Source: an uncultured Bacilli bacterium
GTDB lineage: Bacteria > Bacillota_I > Bacilli_A > RFN20 > CAG-826
NCBI GenBank assembly: GCA_944358865.1
Contig: CALVRV010000005.1
Span: 1-63,231 of the forward strand
DNA length: 63,231 nt
Reading direction: 5' to 3'
The position numbers and the translations under genes were made by a program. The notes under the pieces were generated by a model. It was not told where the DNA came from. It worked only from the letters and a program-made list of their open reading frames with translations, and ran no database searches. Of this stretch, positions 18,769-29,314 are shown one piece after another. The first letter of the stretch is position 1; every line of letters starts with the position of its first letter.

Positions 18769-18878
18769 CTATCTGTACACCTCCCTTTGGTCTTCTGGCT
18801 AATTTCTTAAGAAATAGCAGAGAGTATTAATGCCTAAATGGCATTTATATATTATACACACGGGCGCGTTTTAGTAAA
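18769..18878 (-). promoter_or_regulatory. rpsF promoter plus structured 5' leader (possible S6:S18 autoregulatory leader)
   Basis: Minus strand reads TTTACT-16 nt-TATAAT (18851-18878). Two hairpins follow, ATGCC-attta-GGCAT and CTATTTCTT/AAGAAATTAG, before a GGGAGG RBS. Confidence 0.35.
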
Positions 18879-18933
18879 GATTTTTATATCATCCTCACTA
18901 TACTTATAGTCATTTTTTATTAAAATAACTAAA

Positions 18934-20427
18934 TTATTTTTTATTATCGCGCATTGTTGGGAATAAAATTACTTCACGAATAGAAGATTGATTTGTTAAT
19001 AACATAACTAGACGATCAATACCCATACCTAAACCTCCTGCTGGTGGCATACCATACTCAAGAGCGTTTAAAAAATCATAATCCATCTCGTTAGCCTCAT
19101 CATCACCTAATTCTTTTGCTTTAAGTTGGGCAATAAATCTTTCTTTTTGATCGATTGGATCATTTAATTCGGTATAAGCATTTGCTAATTCTTTTCCATT
19201 AACAAAAAGTTCAAAACGTTCAGTAAATCTTTCATCTTTTCCTTTCTTAGTTAAAGGAGATACTTCAATTGGATAAGAATAAACAAATGTTGGTTGTATT
19301 AAATCATCTTGACATAATTGTTCAAAAAATTCGTTAACGATATATCCATAAGAATTTTTAAATTTATCAAGTTGTATATGATAAGAATCTGCAAGAGCCT
19401 TAGCTTCTTCATAAGACATTTGTTTAGAAAAATCAATTCCTGTTTTTTCTTTAATTAAATCAACCATTGATATCCATTTAAATGGTTTAGAAAAATCAAT
19501 AATTTTATCTTGATAGGTGACTTTTGCAGTGTTTAATAATTTTTTTGCCACAAAACGAATCATTTTTTCAACGATATGACGCATAGAATTTAAATCACCA
19601 TAAGCTTGATAAAGTTCAATAGTGGTAAATTCTGGATTGTGTGTTGTATCCATTCCTTCGTTTCTAAAAAGACGGCCAATTTCATACACTCTTTCCATAC
19701 CTCCAACAAGTAATTTTTTAAGAGGTAATTCGGTTGCAATACGTAAATAAAAATCTTTATCTAAAGTATTGTGATGAGTAATAAATGGTCTTGCATTTGC
19801 GCCACCTAATATTGGAGATAAAACACTTGTTTCAACTTCAACAAATCCTTGATTATCTAAAAATTCTTGAATAGCTCTTATAATTTTAGGTCTAGCAAAA
19901 GCTGTTTTTTTTGCATCTTCATTCATGATTAAATCAACATAACGATGACGATATCTTTCTTCAACATCTGTTAAACCATGGAATTTTTCTGGAAGTGGGT
20001 TTAAAGATTTACAAAGGTGAGTAAATTTTAATGTTTTAATTGTCAATTCACCTGTTCTTGTTGTCATTAATAAGCCTTTGACACCGACAATATCTCCAAT
20101 GTCAGCCATTTTAAAAAGTTCATATTGTTTTTCACCAACATCATTGATTCCAATATAAAATTGCATTTTTCCAGTTTTATCTTGCAAATTAAAAAAGGAT
20201 GCTTTACCCATTTTTCTTATTGCCATAATTCTTCCAGCAACAGAAACATGTAAATCTAATCTTTTAATTCCGTTAGGTGTTTTTTTATTGCAAAGATCTC
20301 TTATCTGTTGAAAATTATGACTAACTTTATAAGATTGGCCAAATGGATCAACTTTTAATTGACGATATTTTTCTAGTTTTGCTCTTCTTGCTAATTGTTG
20401 ATCGTTTAATTGTTGAATATCCGACAT
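18934..20427 (-). CDS. lysS: lysine--tRNA ligase (class II)
   Basis: 497 aa with class II motifs (RFRNEGMDTTHNPEFT; GGLGMGIDRLVMLL). Confidence 0.95.
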   Translation of the reverse strand: MSDIQQLNDQQLARRAKLEKYRQLKVDPFGQSYKVSHNFQQIRDLCNKKTPNGIKRLDLHVSVAGRIMAIRKMGKASFFNLQDKTGKMQFYIGINDVGEKQYELFKMADIGDIVGVKGLLMTTRTGELTIKTLKFTHLCKSLNPLPEKFHGLTDVEERYRHRYVDLIMNEDAKKTAFARPKIIRAIQEFLDNQGFVEVETSVLSPILGGANARPFITHHNTLDKDFYLRIATELPLKKLLVGGMERVYEIGRLFRNEGMDTTHNPEFTTIELYQAYGDLNSMRHIVEKMIRFVAKKLLNTAKVTYQDKIIDFSKPFKWISMVDLIKEKTGIDFSKQMSYEEAKALADSYHIQLDKFKNSYGYIVNEFFEQLCQDDLIQPTFVYSYPIEVSPLTKKGKDERFTERFELFVNGKELANAYTELNDPIDQKERFIAQLKAKELGDDEANEMDYDFLNALEYGMPPAGGLGMGIDRLVMLLTNQSSIREVILFPTMRDNKK

Positions 20428-20472
20428 AATAAGTTTTCCTCCAAGTCAAAATCATTATAGCAAAATAAATAT

Positions 20473-21444
20473 TTATTTTGTTTGAAAATTTTTAACTTCC
20501 TCTTCTAATTCCTTAAAGGTTGTTATTTTGCTCGCTATATTAATGCGTATTTTTTTAGAATTAGCAAAGCCTTTAAAAAAATGGGGTCCAATAGAGCGAA
20601 ATAATTTCATTGCTTGCTCTTCACCTTTATCTAAAACCATCATTTTTGCTAATTTAAGACAATATTCTTTTTGCATTTCTAAAGTTGCATCCTCTAATCT
20701 TGTGCCGTCTTTAAAATATGTATTGATTTGCGTTATTAAATGTGGGTTACCTACCCCTCCTCTTGCTATCATTACACCATCAGCGTTAGTGATTTTTAAT
20801 GCATTAATAGCGTCATCTAAGGTAAAGATATCTCCAGATACAATTAATGGAATATTTACTAGAGATTTTATGTTTTCTAATAATTCATAATGTGGTTTAC
20901 CGCTATACATTTGTTTTGCGCTTCTAGCGTGAATAGCGATTAATTTTACACCGCAGGATTGCAATATCTTTATTACTTGTTTGAAATTTAAATTATCATC
21001 ATCAAAACCTAATCGAATCTTACAAGTGATTGGATAAGGAGAATAATTAACAATATCGCTAATAAAATCTTTTAAATAATCTAAATCTTTTAATAGAGCA
21101 CTTCCGGCACCATTTTTAGTAACTTTTTTAACAGGACACGCTAAATTTAAATCAATAAAATCACATTTAACATTTTCTTTTTTAATAATATCGATTGCTT
21201 TTTTTATTGTTTTAGAATCATGTCCAAATAATTGAATACCGAATGGATGTTCATTATCATCAGTTTTTAAATATGATAAGGTATTTAAATTTTCATATAT
21301 CAAACCATGATCAGAAACCATTTCTGAATAAGAAATACCAACACCAAATTCTTGCATAAATTTGCGGTATGAATAAAATGTATAACCCGCCATAGGCGCT
21401 AATATTACTTTACTATTAATTTTATAATCTAAAAAATCAAACAT
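20473..21444 (-). CDS. dusB: tRNA-dihydrouridine synthase
   Basis: LAPMAGYT, NLACPVKKV and HARS blocks. Confidence 0.9.
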   Translation of the reverse strand: MFDFLDYKINSKVILAPMAGYTFYSYRKFMQEFGVGISYSEMVSDHGLIYENLNTLSYLKTDDNEHPFGIQLFGHDSKTIKKAIDIIKKENVKCDFIDLNLACPVKKVTKNGAGSALLKDLDYLKDFISDIVNYSPYPITCKIRLGFDDDNLNFKQVIKILQSCGVKLIAIHARSAKQMYSGKPHYELLENIKSLVNIPLIVSGDIFTLDDAINALKITNADGVMIARGGVGNPHLITQINTYFKDGTRLEDATLEMQKEYCLKLAKMMVLDKGEEQAMKLFRSIGPHFFKGFANSKKIRINIASKITTFKELEEEVKNFQTK

Positions 21445-21461
21445 CTTTTAAAAAGGAAGGT

Positions 21462-23561
21462 TTATTCGCCTTCCTTTGATTCTCCTTTTTCTTCTTGCTT
21501 TTGATTGTCGCTTGGCTTTTCTTCTTTAACTTCATTAACCACTGGTTCGGTTGTTTGTTCTTCTTTTACTTCAGCCTCGACAACTTTCTTTTTGCTAGGA
21601 AGAGCTCTATCACGCAACAAGATATCAATTTCTTCAGCGGTAATAGTTTCATTTTCAAGCAACGTATTAGCAATTAAAATAACATCTTCTTTATGTTCTT
21701 CTAAAATTTGACGAGCCTTATCATGTGAACTTTCGACAATTAAACGAATTTGTTTATCAATTTCTAAGGCTACTTGGCTAGAGAAATTCTTTTGACTGGA
21801 AGTATAATCTCTTCCTAAGAAAACTGAACCAGTATCCTTTTCATATTGAATAGGTCCTAAAGAAGACATACCTAATTCGGTAACCATCATACGAGCGATT
21901 CTAGTAGCCATTTCAATATCGTTTTGAGCGCCGGTAGAAATATCATCAAAGAAAATTTCTTCACTTGTACGTCCACCTAAATAACCAACGATACGCGCTT
22001 CTAATTCTTTTTTAGTTAATAAGAAACGATCATCTTCAGGTGTCATTAAGACATGACCACCAGTATTTCCTCTAGGAATAATGGTAATTTTTTGTACTTT
22101 ATCTGAATGAGGTAAGAATATACCAATTACAGCATGACCTGCTTCATGATATGCGACTGTTTTTCTTTCTTGCTCAGACATTGAACGTGAAGTTTTTGCA
22201 GGTCCAGAAATTCTTCTATCGATGGCTTCATCAATATCATCAACACTGATAGAAGTTTCTTTTTTACGAACAGCAAGTATGGCTGCTTCATTTAAAACGT
22301 TAGCAAGGTCAGCGCCAGAAAAACCAACTGTCCTTTTTGCTATTTGAGCAAAGTCAACATTTGGATCAATAATTTTATTTCTAGCGTGAACTTTTAATAT
22401 TTCTTCACGACCTTTTTTATCTGGTAATGAAACAGTTATTTTTCTATCAAAACGACCCGCTCTTAGTAAGGCAGGATCTAATACGTCATCTCTATTAGTA
22501 GCAGCGATAACAATAATACCACTATTATCAGAGAAGCCATCCATTTCGACTAATAATTGGTTAAGTGTTTGTTCTCTTTCGTCGTTTCCACCACCAAGAC
22601 CTGCTCCTCTTTGACGACCAACTGCATCAATTTCATCAATAAATACAATACATGGAGCGTTTTCTTTAGCAATTCTAAACATGTCACGAACACGTCCAGC
22701 ACCAACACCAACAAACATTTCGACAAAGTCAGAACCACTTATTGAATAAAATGGTACACCAGCCTCACCTGCAACAGCTTTAGCAAGTAATGTTTTACCA
22801 CAACCTGGTGGCCCAACTAATAAGACGCCTTTTGGTAATTTTGCACCAAATTTTGAATATTTTTTTGGTTCTTTTAAATAATCAACCAATTCACGCATCT
22901 CAAGTTTTTCTTCATCAGCGCCAGCAACATCACTGAATTTAACTTTAGAAGTGTTTTCTCTTCTTGCGCGGCTGCGATTAAATTCAAGAGCTTTGTTATT
23001 TGCGCCTCCGACACTTCTAGAGAAAACAGAAAATAAGATAACAACAATAATAATAGAAACAATTCCAAGAATAATTGTAGGACCCCAAGTATCCCAAAAA
23101 TTAGTTACATATGGGTCATTAATTGTGATGTTTCCATCATTAACATAAGTGTAAGTTAATTGTGATAAATTATATTCACCTTCTATTTGAATATAAACAG
23201 GATTTTCCTCAGTTGAACCGTCTTGTAAAATATCAGTATAAGTTCTAGGAGTAGTTGACCATTCATCCCAAGTAACAGTCAAAGTAAAATTATAAGTAGT
23301 ATTGCTTGCATTAGGATTATCAGAATCATATCTTCTATAACGTCCATCAATAACAGCAAGAGTCTCTTCTTTAGGTGTAACAGTTACTTCTGTAATTCGA
23401 TCATTAGCAAGAGCGGTAACATAATCATCTAATGTAAACCTTTCAATTGGAGCGCTAGAAAAAAACATCCAATATATAAGTAAACCTAATATACCAATAA
23501 CAACAACGAAGGAGAGTATAAATCCCCATGAGCTTCTTTTTCTTTGTGGATTATCTGCCAT
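21462..23561 (-). CDS. ftsH: ATP-dependent zinc metalloprotease FtsH
   Basis: Walker [12 protein letters not shown] region, and HEAGH zinc site. Start moved to the ATG at 23561 (MADNPQ...), which has an AAGGAGG RBS. Confidence 0.95.
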   Translation of the reverse strand: MADNPQRKRSSWGFILSFVVVIGILGLLIYWMFFSSAPIERFTLDDYVTALANDRITEVTVTPKEETLAVIDGRYRRYDSDNPNASNTTYNFTLTVTWDEWSTTPRTYTDILQDGSTEENPVYIQIEGEYNLSQLTYTYVNDGNITINDPYVTNFWDTWGPTIILGIVSIIIVVILFSVFSRSVGGANNKALEFNRSRARRENTSKVKFSDVAGADEEKLEMRELVDYLKEPKKYSKFGAKLPKGVLLVGPPGCGKTLLAKAVAGEAGVPFYSISGSDFVEMFVGVGAGRVRDMFRIAKENAPCIVFIDEIDAVGRQRGAGLGGGNDEREQTLNQLLVEMDGFSDNSGIIVIAATNRDDVLDPALLRAGRFDRKITVSLPDKKGREEILKVHARNKIIDPNVDFAQIAKRTVGFSGADLANVLNEAAILAVRKKETSISVDDIDEAIDRRISGPAKTSRSMSEQERKTVAYHEAGHAVIGIFLPHSDKVQKITIIPRGNTGGHVLMTPEDDRFLLTKKELEARIVGYLGGRTSEEIFFDDISTGAQNDIEMATRIARMMVTELGMSSLGPIQYEKDTGSVFLGRDYTSSQKNFSSQVALEIDKQIRLIVESSHDKARQILEEHKEDVILIANTLLENETITAEEIDILLRDRALPSKKKVVEAEVKEEQTTEPVVNEVKEEKPSDNQKQEEKGESKEGE

Positions 23562-23606
23562 GACAATCCTCCTTTCTGTCACTAATAAGAATTAGTGAAT
23601 GAATTA

Positions 23607-23634
23607 ATTATATAGAAAAGGGTCGATAATGCAA
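23607..23634 (-). promoter_or_regulatory. candidate ftsH promoter
   Basis: Minus strand reads TTGCAT-16 nt-TATAAT. The -35 is part of the inverted repeat AATGCAA-tttatt-TTGCATT. Confidence 0.45.
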
Positions 23635-23703
23635 AATAAATTGCATTTGATAAGACACCTTATTAAAAAGTGTATCAAAATTACATTTTAAATAAAATCA
23701 AAA

Positions 23704-24921
23704 TTACATTTTGACATAAAAATTTAATTCGTCATTCAATTTAAAGTTTTTTCTATAACGAGGGATATAGATAACAGTGCCGCTTTTATTAACTATGACA
23801 GGCCATTTTTTACGAACTGATAACGGCATTTTCCAATCAATAAATAATCGTCTAGCTCTACAAACATAATTGTTAATTCTTATTTCGTCATCTTCTTTTG
23901 CGTTTCTTATTGTCAAAGGATAATCATCTAAAGTTATCTTTTTATCTCCATGACCATTAGTAAAATCTAAATAAAAATATTGAGTTTCTAATTTCCCTGG
24001 CGATTGTAAAACATAAGAGTAGTCGCTGGTTTTTTCATCTTTTATAAAAGAAACCCAATCATATTCTTTATTAAATATTAAATTATTACTTACCTTGAAA
24101 TAGACATTAGGTTTTTCACTAATTAATATTTTTTTAATTTCTTCAGATAATTTACTTGATATACTTGCATCTTGTTTAATTTGTCTTGCTAAAAATACTA
24201 AAGCTCGCTGAAATTCTTCATCATTTAATTTTAATAAAGTTGCTTTGTCATTTATATTTAAAGAAGCAAGTTTTTTATTAATAGCCGCAATATTTTGATT
24301 TAAGGAATTGATTTCGTTAATTGTATTTTCTCTTTCACTTTGACTCATTTTACTAACAATGTTATGGCGAATTACATTTCTTGAAAAATCGTCACTTGAA
24401 TTACTTGAATCAATCGCGTAAGGAACATGATTATCTAAACAATATTGTAAAAGTTCTTGCTTACTATAATCTAATAAAGGTCGAATTGTTATCATATCAA
24501 AGACTTTAACTTCTCTAACAATTCCAAAATTATCAAAATATCCACCTCTTTTTTGCTGCAAGAAATAAGTTTCAATAACATCATCTTGTTGATGTGCGAC
24601 AAGAAGTGCATCGATATTATTTTTATAATAGATTTCTTTAAAAAAATTGTAACGAATATCACGCGCTTTAGATTCAAAATTTCCAGAAAAAATTGAGAAT
24701 TTGCAGGAATATATTTCTATTTCGATATCATTTTGTGCACATATGGCATTCAAAGTATCGGTTTCATATTTTGCTTCTGGCCTAACGTTATAATTAACAT
24801 GTGCAACCATAAAATTATAGCCTTGAACTTTTAACATATGAAATAACGCCATTGAGTCAGGGCCAAAAGAACATGCAAGTAAATATTTTTTATTTTTATC
24901 TAAATCAAGTGGTTTTATCAT
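23704..24921 (-). CDS. tilS: tRNA(Ile)-lysidine synthetase TilS
   Basis: PP-loop region LLACSFGPDSMAL. Its size and its position upstream of ftsH are typical. Confidence 0.85.
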   Translation of the reverse strand: MIKPLDLDKNKKYLLACSFGPDSMALFHMLKVQGYNFMVAHVNYNVRPEAKYETDTLNAICAQNDIEIEIYSCKFSIFSGNFESKARDIRYNFFKEIYYKNNIDALLVAHQQDDVIETYFLQQKRGGYFDNFGIVREVKVFDMITIRPLLDYSKQELLQYCLDNHVPYAIDSSNSSDDFSRNVIRHNIVSKMSQSERENTINEINSLNQNIAAINKKLASLNINDKATLLKLNDEEFQRALVFLARQIKQDASISSKLSEEIKKILISEKPNVYFKVSNNLIFNKEYDWVSFIKDEKTSDYSYVLQSPGKLETQYFYLDFTNGHGDKKITLDDYPLTIRNAKEDDEIRINNYVCRARRLFIDWKMPLSVRKKWPVIVNKSGTVIYIPRYRKNFKLNDELNFYVKM

Positions 24922-25163
24922 ATCGATTTTGCCTCTTTTTTAATAATTTCATATTCACAATTATTTTTATTGTCAAGTTTAGTTACTAACACCTCTAATT
25001 TTATTAAAGGTAAATCTAAAATTATTTTATCGTTTACTTTAACATCACTTGACGCTTTAGCTTGTTTGTTATTAATGTAGCAATTGCCTTTTTCTATTAG
25101 TTCTTTTGCAATGATTCTTCTTTTTATAATTCGCGCGCTTTTTAAATATAAATCTAATCTCAT
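24918..25163 (-). CDS. S4-domain RNA-binding protein (YabO/Hsp15-like)
   Basis: MRLDLYLKSARIIKRR. 4-nt overlap with tilS. Confidence 0.8.
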   Translation of the reverse strand: MRLDLYLKSARIIKRRIIAKELIEKGNCYINNKQAKASSDVKVNDKIILDLPLIKLEVLVTKLDNKNNCEYEIIKKEAKSI

Positions 25164-25167
25164 AATA

Positions 25168-28100
25168 TTATCCTACTATTTTTAATAAATCTTTTAATAC
25201 TTTTTTTAATGTAACAATCCAGTCATCATCTTTAATCATATTAATTTTAAACACACCTTGTTGATAAGTAATACGACAATATTTAATATATGGCATCATT
25301 AATTCAAATAAAATATTTCCAATACCTTTAATTTGTAAATATTTATTAGATAAAATAATATCATAATAATTTTTATAAATTTTAAGGTCATCAATTTGAC
25401 TTAATTTGACTAATATATCTATTTCTTGTTTATCAAAAAGCAAGGAAACATTTTTAGGTAATGGTCCATAAATATCTCTAATATCAGATTTTAATTTAGC
25501 TAAATCATCAAGGTTATCACATTTTTCTATTTGTTGATAAAGTTCTATTTTATCTCCTTCTTTTGCGTATTTATCATCAATATAGGCATCAATATTTAAA
25601 TCAATAGATATATTTTTAGTCTCTATTTTTGATTCTACTTCATCAATTGGATTAATTTTATTTTTAACGGCTTCATTTAAAAGCTTAATATACATATCTA
25701 AACCAATCGAATCAATATAACCAGCTTGATTTGGACCTAATATATCACCTGCTCCTCTTATTAATAAATCTCTTTGTGCAATTTTATAGCCACTTCCTAA
25801 TGTTGCAAATTCTTTTATCGCTTTTAATCTTTTTTTAGCAGTGTCAGTTAACTTTTTTTCGTTATTATAGAAAAGATATGCGTAAGCAATACGATCACTT
25901 CTACCAACACGTCCTTTAATTTGGTATAGTTGAGAAAGACCATACGTATCAGCGTTTTGAACAATTATCATATTTGCGTTACTAACATCAATACCATTTT
26001 CTATAATTGTTGTGCAGACAAGAATATCAATTTCACCATTATAAAATTTCATCATAACGTCTTCTATTTCGTTTTTGCTCATCTGACCATGTCCAACAGC
26101 AATACGCGCTTGAGGAATTTCTTTTTGCAAACGATTTGAAATTTCATAAAGTTTGTCAACTCGATTATATAAATAGAAAACTTGGCCTTGCCTAGACAAT
26201 TCTCTTAAAATCAATTCTTTTACAACACTAAATTTATATGGCAAGACATATGTTTGAACAGGCATTCTATCTTTTATAGGAGTGTTGATTAAAGAAAGGC
26301 TACGCATACCAAGTAAAGAAATTTGTAATGTACGAGGTATTGGTGTCGCACTTAAAGTTAAAACATCAACATTATTTTTTAATTCTTTTAATCTTTCTTT
26401 TTGTTCGACACCAAATCTTTGTTCTTCATCAATAATTAACAATCCTAAATTAGAAAAAGAAACATCTTTTGAAAGTAATCTATGCGTCCCTATGATTAAA
26501 TGAATCGAACCATTTCTTACACCTTCAATATAATCTTTTTGTCTACTTAAGTTAATTAAACGCGAAAATATTGCAATTTTTACGTCGTATTTGCTAAAAC
26601 GAGACAAAGCAAGCTGATAATGTTGTCTAGCTAAGATGGTCGTTGGACATAATATTGCAACTTGTTTTCCAGATAAAATAGCCTTAAAAGCCGCACGGAA
26701 AGCAATTTCAGTTTTGCCAAATCCGACATCACCACATAATAAGCGATCCATAGGATAAGGTGACTCCATATCTTTTTTTATCTCATCTAAGGATGATTGT
26801 TGGTCTTTTGTTAATTCATACGGAAAATCATTTTCAAATGCTTGTTGTAATTCGTCGTCTTTATAAAATCTAAAGCCTTCAATTTTGCTTCTTTCTTGGT
26901 ATAAATTATATAGACGATTTGCTAAGTCATTAATTTTTTCTTTTATTTTCTTTTTTGTTTTTTCCCAATCCGAAGAATGCAATTTGGTAAGTTTAGGTTT
27001 AGCACCTTCTCTTGCCATATATTTTCTTACTAATTGGAACTGAGATAATGGAACATATAAGATTTCTTCATTTGCGTATTGTAATTTTAAATAATCTTTA
27101 TGCACTCCATCAACTTCTAGAGTAGATATTTCTAAAAATTGTCCAATGCCTTGAAATTCATGAACAACATAGTCTCCTGCTTGTAATTCTTCATATGATT
27201 TTAAAATTGTTCCTTCTTTAAATCTTGATGAATAACGATAGGAATGGGTCTTTCCATTAAATAGTTCTTTAGCAGTTAAAATAACTATTTTTTCTTTTTC
27301 AAATATAACTCCATATGGAAGATCAATTACATTAATTGAAATATTTTTACGTGGTAAAGAAAAATCAACAAATCGATCGTATGGTAAATTTTCTTTTTCT
27401 AATAATTCTTCTAAAGTATTAATTTTATCTAAACTAGATATAGCAATCATTATTGTATAATCACGATTTAAAAATGTCTTAATAATATCACAAATAGATT
27501 TTTCATCATTGGCTAAAACCATTACCTGACTACCATTTAGATTTAATGCTTCAACATTAAAAGGTGATTCATATATATCAATATGTTGTTTAAAATTTAA
27601 AACTGAATTTAAATCATAATAAAAATCAACACAATCAAGCGCTAGATGTTGACTGATTAGTTCTTTTTTAAATTCACTAGCTTCAAAATTTAATAAGGAA
27701 TTTTGCGAGTCATTGCCTTCTTTATCTATGTAAATAATTTTAAAATCTTGGCAAAAATCAAATAAATTTGTAGTTTTATCGCTTAAATAATGGAAATATT
27801 TATATAAAGAAGCATCAAAATCAAATTCTAAAATTTTATTAATAACTTCATCTATATTATCTTTTAATGTTTCAAAATTTAATAAAGATAAAGATGGTTT
27901 TACTTTAGCTAATTTGTCATTTAATTTATTTGGTGCGTTTTTTATTTCCTCTAAATTAAATAAAACATCGCTTCCTGGTAAGACTATTACTTCTTCAACA
28001 TTTTTATTTGATAGTTGGGTTGCGATATCAAAAAAACGAATCGATTCAATTTCATTATCAAATAATTCAATACGCACTGGTGAATCTAAGTTTAAAGAAA

Positions 28101-28641
28101 AAATATCGATAATATCTCCACGTATAGCAAATTGCAATGATTGATCAATTTTATTGACAAGATGATATCCACTGGAAATTAAATCTAATCTTAATTTTTC
28201 AATATTTATTTTTTGATTGAGCTTAAACTTAAATATATTTTTTCTAAATATTTCTTTATTTGGTAAATACCTAATCAAAGAAGCAACATTTGTTATAACA
28301 ATATCACATCTTTTTTCTAATATTTGATATAAAGCATAAACTCTTTCACTTGATAGATCTTTACTTTGTGTAAGAGCTTCAACACGAATTAATTCATCAC
28401 CTGGGAACAAAACAATTTTATCTTTATCGCTACTTAAAAATTCTAATAAAAAACTATATAGTTGTTGTGCTTTATATAGATTAGGAACCACTAATAAATA
28501 TTTTTCTTTTTTAATTTTATAAGCAGAGGCAATACAAAAAGCACTTAATAAAACATCTTCAATAATAAATTTGCCGTTATTGTCATTAACTATATTTTTA
28601 ACAACATTATTTTCTTTTAAAAGATCAAATAGATTCTTCAT
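25168..28641 (-). CDS. mfd: transcription-repair coupling factor Mfd
   Basis: CGDVGFGKTE Walker A, DEEQRFG, and TRG-region motifs. I prefer the ATG at 28641. The ORF-track start at 28650 is a GTG. Confidence 0.95.
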   Translation of the reverse strand: MKNLFDLLKENNVVKNIVNDNNGKFIIEDVLLSAFCIASAYKIKKEKYLLVVPNLYKAQQLYSFLLEFLSSDKDKIVLFPGDELIRVEALTQSKDLSSERVYALYQILEKRCDIVITNVASLIRYLPNKEIFRKNIFKFKLNQKINIEKLRLDLISSGYHLVNKIDQSLQFAIRGDIIDIFSLNLDSPVRIELFDNEIESIRFFDIATQLSNKNVEEVIVLPGSDVLFNLEEIKNAPNKLNDKLAKVKPSLSLLNFETLKDNIDEVINKILEFDFDASLYKYFHYLSDKTTNLFDFCQDFKIIYIDKEGNDSQNSLLNFEASEFKKELISQHLALDCVDFYYDLNSVLNFKQHIDIYESPFNVEALNLNGSQVMVLANDEKSICDIIKTFLNRDYTIMIAISSLDKINTLEELLEKENLPYDRFVDFSLPRKNISINVIDLPYGVIFEKEKIVILTAKELFNGKTHSYRYSSRFKEGTILKSYEELQAGDYVVHEFQGIGQFLEISTLEVDGVHKDYLKLQYANEEILYVPLSQFQLVRKYMAREGAKPKLTKLHSSDWEKTKKKIKEKINDLANRLYNLYQERSKIEGFRFYKDDELQQAFENDFPYELTKDQQSSLDEIKKDMESPYPMDRLLCGDVGFGKTEIAFRAAFKAILSGKQVAILCPTTILARQHYQLALSRFSKYDVKIAIFSRLINLSRQKDYIEGVRNGSIHLIIGTHRLLSKDVSFSNLGLLIIDEEQRFGVEQKERLKELKNNVDVLTLSATPIPRTLQISLLGMRSLSLINTPIKDRMPVQTYVLPYKFSVVKELILRELSRQGQVFYLYNRVDKLYEISNRLQKEIPQARIAVGHGQMSKNEIEDVMMKFYNGEIDILVCTTIIENGIDVSNANMIIVQNADTYGLSQLYQIKGRVGRSDRIAYAYLFYNNEKKLTDTAKKRLKAIKEFATLGSGYKIAQRDLLIRGAGDILGPNQAGYIDSIGLDMYIKLLNEAVKNKINPIDEVESKIETKNISIDLNIDAYIDDKYAKEGDKIELYQQIEKCDNLDDLAKLKSDIRDIYGPLPKNVSLLFDKQEIDILVKLSQIDDLKIYKNYYDIILSNKYLQIKGIGNILFELMMPYIKYCRITYQQGVFKINMIKDDDWIVTLKKVLKDLLKIVG

Positions 28642-29200
28642 GATTATCACTATTATATAAAGACATTGCTTTTTTAAAATTTGATTTTAAAATCTCTTTT
28701 AAGGCATTACTTGCTCGATTAATCGCATAATCAATTAATTGTTTTTCTTCATCATAAGGTTTACCTAAGACATGATCTATTCCATCATATTTTGGTTCAC
28801 CAATACCAATTCTAATGCGTTTGATTTGATCGCTTTTTAAAAGGTCGATGATATTTTGCATTCCTTTTTGTCCACCACTTGAGCCAGATTCTCTTAATCG
28901 AATTACACCAGGTGGTAAGGCCATATCATCATAAATAACAACAATATCTTCTAAGCTAATTTTAAAATAATTAACGATTTGAATTACTGCTGTACCACTT
29001 AAATTCATATATGTTGTTGGTTTAAATAAAAAGACGTCTTCATCAAAAATTTTTCCTCTTCCTAGTAAACCATTAAACAATTCTTTATCAACATCTATCT
29101 TAGATATTAAAGAGAAAGCATCAATAACCATGAACCCCATGTTATGACGGGTTCCTTCATATTTTTTCCCAGGATTTCCTAAACCGACAATTAACTTCAT
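28625..29200 (-). CDS. pth: peptidyl-tRNA hydrolase
   Basis: MKLIVGLGNPGKKYEGTRHNMGF. Confidence 0.95.
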   Translation of the reverse strand: MKLIVGLGNPGKKYEGTRHNMGFMVIDAFSLISKIDVDKELFNGLLGRGKIFDEDVFLFKPTTYMNLSGTAVIQIVNYFKISLEDIVVIYDDMALPPGVIRLRESGSSGGQKGMQNIIDLLKSDQIKRIRIGIGEPKYDGIDHVLGKPYDEEKQLIDYAINRASNALKEILKSNFKKAMSLYNSDNHEESI

Positions 29201-29314
29201 AGCCTTAATATTATATCATTTAAATTTTATATATAAATATAAAACATCTAAAAAATGAATTGCTATATAGATAACATTTTATATAATAATTATGCTTTAA
29301 AAAGGAGAAAAAAC

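Noticed and set aside
29255-29314. The 20-codon N-terminal extension of the GH13 gene.
   Set aside because: The ATG at 29315 is preceded by AAGGAG at the right distance. The extension lies in promoter-like AT-rich sequence.
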